In this document: one piece after another, positions 28,243-35,434 of the stretch
How the letters are laid out: every line of letters begins with the position of its first letter
How positions within the stretch are numbered: position 1 is the stretch's first letter
Source of the DNA: Myxococcota bacterium
GTDB taxonomy: Bacteria; Myxococcota_A; UBA796; UBA2385
DNA: 64,000 nucleotides
Direction: 5' to 3'
Assembly: GCA_044344255.1 (NCBI GenBank)
Contig: JBIJDH010000004.1
Coordinates: forward strand, 256,001 to 320,000
Program-made: the position numbers and the translations under genes
Notes under the pieces: generated by a model
Databases searched by the model: none
Told to the model about the DNA's origin: nothing
Seen by the model: only the letters and a program-made list of their open reading frames with translations

Positions 28243-28971
28243 TTGCCTGTTCTAACCAACATAGTATGTGCTAGGCTCTTTGGTTCGAGGGTTCGGGGGG
28301 ACCACGATGACGTTAGCGATCACGACGTGCTTGTCGTGCTTGAGGACAAGTTGAATCCCGATGCGCTCGCCCGGATTGAGGACGAGGTGAGCCTGGAGTT
28401 GGGAGTACGGGTGGATGTATCCTTCTACTCCGAGACCCACCTTCGAAAGCTGTTTGAAGGTGGGCACCTTTTCGCGTGGCACCTCTGGCGTGAATCAGTG
28501 CCGCTTGCCGGTCGGATCCCAGACCTTATTGAGATAATCGGTCCGCCGGAAGCGAACACCGATGCGCGGCAGGAGATTCAAGACTTGCTTCTGCTTCTGT
28601 GTTCAATTCCTTCGAAGCGTCTGAATAGTCGGACTTTGGTGTACGATGCCGGTATTCTGTACGTGATAATTCGCAATGTGGGAACGAGCGCTACTTGGTT
28701 CTTTGGTCCATCTCGGCTCGACTTCGGCCGGTACTCTCCCTGGGCACTGAATCGTCTCGGCGGGCCGCCGCCCCCGATCGACGAGGAAGGTTATCATAGG
28801 CTTCTGCATGCCCGCAAGGCCGGAATGGCCGGGTTGCCGGCTCCGGCGATTTCGTTGGAGGAGTTGCGGCGGTGGTACGACCAGACCGCCGCTTGGATAG
28901 GAGCGGTATGCCGGCAAATCGACAGTTCACTCTCCGACGGCGAGATTGAGGCCTTCCTTACGAAGCTGTAG
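28243..28971 (+). CDS. Pol-beta superfamily nucleotidyltransferase with helical C-terminal domain (HalB-like)
   Basis: FGSRVRGD..SDHD plus third acid in VDV; GHLFAWHL; TTG start 3 nt after the upstream stop. Confidence 0.8.
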   Translation: MPVLTNIVCARLFGSRVRGDHDDVSDHDVLVVLEDKLNPDALARIEDEVSLELGVRVDVSFYSETHLRKLFEGGHLFAWHLWRESVPLAGRIPDLIEIIGPPEANTDARQEIQDLLLLLCSIPSKRLNSRTLVYDAGILYVIIRNVGTSATWFFGPSRLDFGRYSPWALNRLGGPPPPIDEEGYHRLLHARKAGMAGLPAPAISLEELRRWYDQTAAWIGAVCRQIDSSLSDGEIEAFLTKL

Positions 28972-29283
28972 GAGGTACTCTGCGAGTAGGGCAGCCCCAT
29001 CGAGGGCATCCACTGCCGGAGCTGGGTCGAAGACTGTTCGGCTTCTGTCGGCGATGGTTCCTGCGACATTGGACAGGCGGACGAGCGTCTCTGCGGCTCG
29101 TACCACTGCAAATGGAGCACCCTTGCCGCCCCGAGTGTCGATCCAGCGCACGATGGCCGGTTGACTTAGTCCAGCTAACTGCTCACCGTCTGCGAATGCA
29201 ATATTGGTAACCGCAATCACATCACGCTCGAAGGCGACGCGCAGGCGGAACCTGCGCCGGCGCTCGGTTTCATTGGATTCCAC
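28927..29283 (-). CDS. Small hypothetical protein (118 aa)
   Basis: GTG 29283 lies within the last codons of the nuclease gene; protein-like sequence RRFRLRVAFERDVI..LAGLSQPAIVRW; overlaps the NTase 3' end by 45 nt. Confidence 0.55.
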   Translation of the reverse strand: MESNETERRRRFRLRVAFERDVIAVTNIAFADGEQLAGLSQPAIVRWIDTRGGKGAPFAVVRAAETLVRLSNVAGTIADRSRTVFDPAPAVDALDGAALLAEYLLQLRKEGLNLAVGE

Positions 29284-30106
29284 TGATGTTCTCCGGAAGA
29301 GTGGCCTGGGCCTCAGAGGCGGCACGCAGCAGGGTATCCAGTGCAGCGTTCTCGTGCTCTGCGGCCACGATGCTGTGGAATGCGAGGGTCGTAAGGGCTC
29401 CCAACCGCGCCTCGTAAATCGACAGGTTTGTTATGGCTACGGGAGCACCAGTGTGAGAGATTCCGAATCCCCGAGCCAACAGTCCGTAGCTGGCCAACTG
29501 AAGGACTGTCTGCCCGTAATAGGCATTTCGTCCAGTCTTTACTTCGACGATCGCTTCATCCAGGGCGAGATCAGCATCCGCCCCGCCTACGGCGCGTGAG
29601 CCTATTCCAAACGTTGGGTTCAGAACGAGTCTCATTCTTGGCTTGAACTTCGACCATGGAACTACCGCGTAGAGCGCGCGCAACTCTTCAGTCGAATCGC
29701 ATTGGACGGTGAGCCTCGTCGGCCCCCTTCCTCGGCCTCTGTAGAATGCATCGAAGTCGGCTAGCGCAATACAGGCTCCGGCCTGAGCGGGCGTGATCGT
29801 TCCGGGCCTGAGTGTGCTCATAATACTCAGTGCGCCGAAGAGGCTCGCCTTCGCTTGCCTTTTGTTCATTGCCTTCTCGCCTGACACCAGCCGATCGACC
29901 AGTTCTGCATCCGACTCGGCGGCGAGCGCCCACCCAGCACCGGAGAGACCCCATCGGAGCGCGTAGTCGAACGCTGTTCCCACACGGGACCCGTAGGGCA
30001 CCAGGTCTTGCGGTGAACCTCGGGACTCTTCCATGGGGGGATACCGGACGAAGGGTGCCATCGCCGCAACCACCTTCGGTAAACGCAGAAGTTCTGTAAG
30101 GCTCAC
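29270..30106 (-). CDS. PD-(D/E)xK nuclease-like protein
   Basis: LNPTFG..GGADADL..IVEVKT followed by QLASY; earlier VGTAFDY helix. Confidence 0.7.
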   Translation of the reverse strand: MSLTELLRLPKVVAAMAPFVRYPPMEESRGSPQDLVPYGSRVGTAFDYALRWGLSGAGWALAAESDAELVDRLVSGEKAMNKRQAKASLFGALSIMSTLRPGTITPAQAGACIALADFDAFYRGRGRGPTRLTVQCDSTEELRALYAVVPWSKFKPRMRLVLNPTFGIGSRAVGGADADLALDEAIVEVKTGRNAYYGQTVLQLASYGLLARGFGISHTGAPVAITNLSIYEARLGALTTLAFHSIVAAEHENAALDTLLRAASEAQATLPENISGIQ

Positions 30107-30882
30107 GCGTGTACATCGACCTCAATGGTCTTCCGGGGGGCAATCGGAAGCTGGCGCTTGCGAAGTAGGGCCTCAAGGTCTGTCCCGGTGAGCCAGGAGC
30201 GCAGGGCCTTCTGGCCGACCGACTCGTCGAGATACTCCTGCCCTCCTTCCTTCAAGCGAAGGGCGACTGCGATATCGTGGTCATGGGTCTCCCGGAGCAG
30301 ACGGAAGCTGGCGTCGCCGGGATCGACGACGAGATCCATGTTCCGCCAACTCTCGTCGAAGTGTTGCTCGGTACCGTAATGGTCCAGCCCGGGTGTGATG
30401 TGGTAGCCGAAGTTGTTCTCGGCGCCGAGCGAATGGGTCTTGTGAATCGTGAGCGAGGCACCGTCTCCCGTGCCTTGGTTGCTCTCGTAGAGCTGACTCG
30501 TCAGGTTGACGACAGTGGAATCCTCTGCGCACCAGTCGCGCCGACGGGCCAGAATGCCTGGAAGGTGCTTGGGCTTGGCCTCTTCGAGGGCGCAGCAGCG
30601 CGCGGCCAACTCCTGCATAGGCGCGTCGGACTCGGCTTCGAACCACTGGTAGAAGGCATTCCGAGCGACCCTCGTCTCGGTGTCCCCCTTCGTCAGGGCG
30701 CAAACCGCCGATGCGAGGCGGCCGCACTCCTCGGTCCCCCCGGCGGAGATCAGGGCCCAGACCCACTCCAGTGGATCCAGCTTCCGTTCCCGCTTCAGCG
30801 CTCCCAGGCGCCTCGCTGTCTCCATCACCGAGGCTGCCGGCAGCATCTCGTTCAACTTCGCCCGGAATTGCTCGGCGTCCAT
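30103..30882 (-). pseudogene. Truncated, degenerate IS4-family DDE transposase
   Basis: KRERKLD N-terminus, EDSTVVNL (first Asp), VVDPGD where DxGY is expected, RLK; only about 260 codons, no C-terminal Glu region; GGAGG RBS before ATG 30882. Confidence 0.7.
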
Positions 30883-31020
30883 CTGCCACCTCCTCAACAC
30901 GACATGGAGAGCTACCCTGAAAAGAAGGGGCGATCAACCACGCGAGTCGGAGCGGGCGTAAGACTCGTACCCAGCCTGACCGAAAGGGATCGATCTACGC
31001 CGAGGATGAGCCTTTGCGGA

Positions 31021-31701
31021 CTACGATTCACCTTCACCTCCAGCTACGACCGTGGGGTGTACGTCCTCGGCGACGCGGGCGGCACCACGATCGAGGGCAA
31101 CGTCTTCGACCGGATCGGCAACGGCGCGGTGAAATTCGCCGGGCACACCGAGGAGCCCGACCCCGAGCTCAGCCTCGCCGGCCTCCACGACGGCGCCATC
31201 CGCGACAACCGCTTCCTCCAGATGCGCAACGGCGCGATGCTGATGTCGGGCGTCCGCAACACGATCCTCGGCAACGAGGTGGTCGCTTATGACGCCTCCG
31301 CCGATCCCACCGGCTGGTACCACCCCTTTCAGCGGCCCGGCTACCACTACCTGGACGAGTTCCTCATCACCGACGCCGGGCAGGCCGGGCAGGCCGGGAG
31401 GGCCAACCACATCTGGGGCAACACCTTCGAAGACAACACGACCACTGACGGGGACTTCGAGCTGTTCCTCCAGCAGCGGCCCAACGTGGCCGACCGCAGG
31501 ATCTCCGCCAAACTCGTGACGGGCGCGGGACAGACGGTGTACTTCCGCCACCTCGTCCCCTGCGCCGAGAGCGCCGCGCCCTGCTTGGCCTACACACCCT
31601 CCATCCGCGTGGATGCTGGCGCGACGCTCGTCTTTGGCGCCCCCGCCGACTGTGCAGACTGCTACCCGTCGGACACCGGCTACCTCACCGAGCTGCCCTG
31701 A
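31021..31701 (+). pseudogene. 5'-truncated beta-helix (pectin-lyase-like) protein fragment
   Basis: Host-like codon usage begins abruptly at about 31021; repeats TIEGNVF, IRDNRF, ILGNEV, IWGNTF; the upstream in-frame part is IS antisense sequence. Confidence 0.55.
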
Positions 31702-31762
31702 CCGTCGGGCTTCGGGGAGCGATCCCAGGGCCGACCTGGCGGTTCGACGATTGGGAGGTGGA

Positions 31763-32248
31763 TCAGCGACGGGGAACAGGGGACGCCGGGTTCGGCTCGC
31801 CCGGGCTCCCCGCCTCGCCCGCCTTCCCGCAGCCGCAGGCCGGGTGGCCCTGGTTCTTGTCCATCGCCTCGAGGAAGCTGCGCACCGACTGGGGATCGAC
31901 GCCGGGCTCGGCGCCCTGGCCCTTCCGCCACATCAGGGCGCACTCCTCGCAGACGGGCTCGCCTTTGCGCAGGGCCTCGCCGCAGCGGCAGCCGCCGGCC
32001 ATGCGGGCGCAGTGGCCGCAGGGCTTCTGGATGCAGCAGTCGTACCGACCCTCCTCGCCGAGGTCAGCGACGAGCTGGTCGAGCTCGCCGACGATCGCCT
32101 GGCGGCGCCCCTCGTAGTCGCCGCGCTCCAGCGCCGCGCCCCCGCCGGCTGCGCCCTCGCGGACCGCCTTCGATCCGGGGGGCTCGGACGGGCAGCCGAA
32201 CCAGGCCAGGAGGAGGAGGGTGCGGGGGAGCAGGCCGCGGGGGGTCAT
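31763..32248 (-). CDS. Cys-rich putative lipoprotein
   Basis: LLLLAWFGC signal/lipobox-like; CCIQKPCGHC..CRC..CEEC, later CGC; ATGA overlap with the ftcd stop. Confidence 0.7.
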   Translation of the reverse strand: MTPRGLLPRTLLLLAWFGCPSEPPGSKAVREGAAGGGAALERGDYEGRRQAIVGELDQLVADLGEEGRYDCCIQKPCGHCARMAGGCRCGEALRKGEPVCEECALMWRKGQGAEPGVDPQSVRSFLEAMDKNQGHPACGCGKAGEAGSPGEPNPASPVPRR

Positions 32249-33933
32249 TCGGCGCTGAGCTCGGCGCGGACGGCGGCGCCGACCCGCTCGGCGCGGAGGG
32301 AGACGGCCTCGAGGGCGGCGGCGGCGCGGGCGCGGTAGGCGGCGCGCGCGTCGGGGTCGGCGAGGTCGCGGGCGTTGATGTTCACGTTGTAGAAGGCCCC
32401 CTCGGCGGCCGCGCGGAGGGTGAGCGCGGCGACGCCGGCGTCGGAGCGGGCGTTCTTGTTGCCGGTGGCCGCGACCTCGACGGCGTCGAGGGCCTTGACG
32501 CAGCGCTCGAGCACGCCGAGGGGCACCTCGATGGCGTGGCGGGTGGCCGCCTGGATGGCGGCGACGCGGGCGGCCTTGTCGGCCTCGGTGGCCTTGGGGA
32601 GGCCGAAGGCGGACATGATGCCGTCAAAGGCGAGCGTGTCGCGGTCAATGTCCTGGAGGAAGGCCTCCTTCAGCGCCTGGGCCTCCACCGCGGCGGCGGC
32701 GTGCTTGGCGTTGTCCTGCTCGTAGCCCTTCTTCCCGGTGGTGAGCTGGGAGACCATCGCGGCGAGCGAGGTGGCGAGGGCCCCGCAGAGGGCGGCCACC
32801 GAGCCGCCGCCGGGGGCCGGCGCCGAGGAGGAGAGGCGGTCGATGAAGCCGCGCACGGTGGCGCCCACGAGCGGGCCGTCCTTCGTGATGCGGCGCTCGA
32901 TGATGCGCTGATCGGCGTCGAAGGGGCCGAGGTCGCGGAGGCCGAGGGAGCGGATCGCGGTCTCGACCACCTCGCTCTCCGGCGCGCCGGGGTTGACGCC
33001 CTGGCGGCGGAGGTAGTGGTGCCCGGCGGCCATCAGGGCGTCGCGGGGCACGAGGCCCACGAGCTCGCTGCCGGTGACGACCACGCCCTCCTCGTCGGCC
33101 ACGCGGCGGATCGTGTCGTAGACCTCGTGCAGGGGCGCGCTCGTGTGGTCGGTGAGGTTCAAGGAGACCTGGCAGCGGTCATACTCGGCGATGAACCAGC
33201 CGATACCCTTGACGCTGCGGAAGAGGCCAGGGTCCCGCACGCCCTTGCCCTCGGCGTCGCGCACGATCTCGCCCTGTCCGTCGCGGCGGTAGATGCCCTT
33301 CTCGCGCACCAGGGCCGCGATCTTGTTGGCCCGGCGCAGGTTCTTGGTGTTGAGGTTGACGTTCCAGGCGATGAGGAAGGGGCGGGCGCCGATGACCGAG
33401 GCGCCGCTCGTGGCCACCCGCGCGTCCCAGGCGGCGGGGCCGTAGTCAGGGGCCCACTCTGGGTCCTGCAGCTTGGCGGCGAGGCCCTCGTACTCGCCGG
33501 CCCGGATGTCGGGCAGCTCGACGCGGGCGGGGCGGCTGGCGGCGGCCTGGTAGAGGTAGACCGGGATCCCGAGCTCCCGCCCGACCCGCTCGCCCAGGCG
33601 GCGCGCCAGCTCGGCGCAGTCCTCCATCGAGGCGCCGGAGACGGGCACGAAGGGGCAGACGTCGGTGGCGCCGATGCGGGGGTGGGCGCCCTTGTGCTGC
33701 CGCATGTCGATGAGGGCGGCGGCGCGCGCGATGCCGGCGAAGGCGCCCTCGAGCACGGCCTCGGGGGGCCCGACGAAGGTGACGACGGTGCGGTTCGTGG
33801 CCTCCCCGCGATCGACGTCGAGGAGGGAGACCCCGGGCACCGCAGAGATCGCGGCGGTGATCTGCGCGATGACGGCGGCGTCGCGGCCCTCGGAGAAGTT
33901 CGGCACACACTCGACGATGGGACCCTGACTCAT
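32245..33933 (-). CDS. ftcd: Glutamate formimidoyltransferase-cyclodeaminase (bifunctional)
   Basis: ECVPNFSEGR, HKGAHPRIGATDVCPFVP, GSELVGLVP, PAPGGGSVAA, SDAGV. Confidence 0.93.
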   Translation of the reverse strand: MSQGPIVECVPNFSEGRDAAVIAQITAAISAVPGVSLLDVDRGEATNRTVVTFVGPPEAVLEGAFAGIARAAALIDMRQHKGAHPRIGATDVCPFVPVSGASMEDCAELARRLGERVGRELGIPVYLYQAAASRPARVELPDIRAGEYEGLAAKLQDPEWAPDYGPAAWDARVATSGASVIGARPFLIAWNVNLNTKNLRRANKIAALVREKGIYRRDGQGEIVRDAEGKGVRDPGLFRSVKGIGWFIAEYDRCQVSLNLTDHTSAPLHEVYDTIRRVADEEGVVVTGSELVGLVPRDALMAAGHHYLRRQGVNPGAPESEVVETAIRSLGLRDLGPFDADQRIIERRITKDGPLVGATVRGFIDRLSSSAPAPGGGSVAALCGALATSLAAMVSQLTTGKKGYEQDNAKHAAAAVEAQALKEAFLQDIDRDTLAFDGIMSAFGLPKATEADKAARVAAIQAATRHAIEVPLGVLERCVKALDAVEVAATGNKNARSDAGVAALTLRAAAEGAFYNVNINARDLADPDARAAYRARAAAALEAVSLRAERVGAAVRAELSAE

Positions 33934-34068
33934 GTGGACCTCGGCGACCCTCGGGCCCGCCCTGCGCAGAGGGGCCGCCCGCGGCGGGGGTTGGGAAACA
34001 GGTGACAGTCGACTCAGATCGGGCGAAGGAGATCACCCGAAGCCTATGCTGGTTCACTGGAGGTCTCC

Positions 34069-35379
34069 ATGGCCCGATTGCCCCTCGCCTCGCCCTCGTG
34101 GCGGTCTCCTGCGGGGGTCCCCATCGGGCTCGCGCTCTGCGCCTCGCTCTCGCTCTTCGGCTGCAAGGAAGAGGCGGACAAGGGCTTCGTCGGCGGCGGC
34201 GGTTCGCTCAACACGGAAGACACGGGCGCCGCCGACGGCGCCGACGGCACGGACGGCGCCGACGGCGCCGACGGCGGGGATGACGGGGTGCCCGTCGACA
34301 CCAACATCGAGCTCCCGCCCACGCCGGAGGCCTGCACGACGGGTGAGGAGGGAGCGGTCGAGACCCAGCCCGCGCTCCGCCTGACCGCTGTGGCCACGTG
34401 GACGATCGAGTTCGACGCCGAGGCCGAGGCCAGCGGCTTCTTCGACTGCAGCTACACCCGCCGCTTCGAGGGCCTGCAGACCCTCGAGCACGACTTCACC
34501 TGCCCCGACTGTGACGTGCTCATCACCCGCGGCGACGCCACCGTGACCGAGGGCCTCGACTGCGTGGAGCAGATCACCGGCACCGCGGAGGAGGTCCGCC
34601 CCGAGATGTGGGGCGCGACCTCGGACGGCCGGCTCTTCCGCGTCGGGCGCGACCAGTCGCCCCTCTCGGAGCTCGCCACCTTCACGCCGCCCGCCGTGGA
34701 GGGAGAGAGCGTGGCCATCGAGTGGTCGAGCACCTCCGACCTCACCGACGGCGGCACGATGCTGCTGAGCGCCATGGGCGAGATGAGCTGGGTCGCCGAT
34801 CCCGAGACGCTGCTCAACGAGCCCTTTGGCCCCCGGCCGGCCGCCTACGCCTGCGGCTGGGAGTGTAATGACCCCGGCACCCACGCCCAGGACTACGCCC
34901 TCGACATCGGCTCGACGATGCCCAACGTGCGCCTCGACGACCAGTGCGGCGACGCGGTCGATCTGTGGGACTTCACCGGCTCCTACCTCATCATCGACAA
35001 CGCCGAGCCCGACTGTGGGCCCTGCCGCAGCATGGCCTCGGAGTCCGAGGCCTTCCTCGCCCGCATGCGCGAGGCCGGCATCCCCGTGCGGGCGATCACC
35101 ATCCTCGGCAACGGCCTGGGCGAGCCTTGGGTCACGCCCGACGCCGAGGTGGTCGATGAGTGGGTGAGCAGCTCCGGCGGCGCCGATCCGGTGCTCGCCG
35201 ACAACGGCTACGGCTGGTCGCTCTTCCCCTCCTTCTTCGAGACGGCCACGGGGGAGAGCTTTGGTTATCCGGCCTGGATCCTCGTCGATCCGGAGATGAA
35301 GATCATCAAGGCCAACATCGGCTACTCGAGCTGGGAGCCGATGGAGGAGGCCATCCTCGACGACCTCAGCGGGGGCTGA
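34069..35379 (+). CDS. Acidic lipoprotein with C-terminal redoxin/thioredoxin-like domain
   Basis: SLFGC lipobox; PNVRLDDQCG..VDLWDF, DCGPC (CxxC), YPAWILVDP. Confidence 0.75.
   Translation: MARLPLASPSWRSPAGVPIGLALCASLSLFGCKEEADKGFVGGGGSLNTEDTGAADGADGTDGADGADGGDDGVPVDTNIELPPTPEACTTGEEGAVETQPALRLTAVATWTIEFDAEAEASGFFDCSYTRRFEGLQTLEHDFTCPDCDVLITRGDATVTEGLDCVEQITGTAEEVRPEMWGATSDGRLFRVGRDQSPLSELATFTPPAVEGESVAIEWSSTSDLTDGGTMLLSAMGEMSWVADPETLLNEPFGPRPAAYACGWECNDPGTHAQDYALDIGSTMPNVRLDDQCGDAVDLWDFTGSYLIIDNAEPDCGPCRSMASESEAFLARMREAGIPVRAITILGNGLGEPWVTPDAEVVDEWVSSSGGADPVLADNGYGWSLFPSFFETATGESFGYPAWILVDPEMKIIKANIGYSSWEPMEEAILDDLSGG
34231..34275 (+). repeat. 9-bp coding tandem repeat x5 (ADG/TDG)
   Basis: gccgacggc gccgacggc acggacggc gccgacggc gccgacggc. 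Confidence 0.85.
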
Positions 35380-35434
35380 GCCCCGCCGGGTCGCCGAGCG
35401 GCTCGGCGCGTAAGCCTCGCTTCGAGGGGGCCGC

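Larger units (their letters stand above)
27220..31020. mobile_element. Lower-GC genomic island (putative defence island) ending in an IS4 remnant
   Basis: Visible shift to A/T-richer sequence and codon usage after pfaD, returning to host-like GC at about 31020; boundaries approximate. Confidence 0.7.

Noticed and set aside
28243..28971. CBASS CD-NTase or MNT-HEPN toxin-antitoxin
   Set aside because: Short for a typical CD-NTase, with a minimal-NTase-style GSxxRGD motif; no separate HEPN toxin with RX4-6H was seen; the partner is a channel.
30277..31020. N-terminal half of the 474-aa ORF 30277-31701
   Set aside because: Antisense of the IS4 remnant fortuitously in frame with the truncated host gene.
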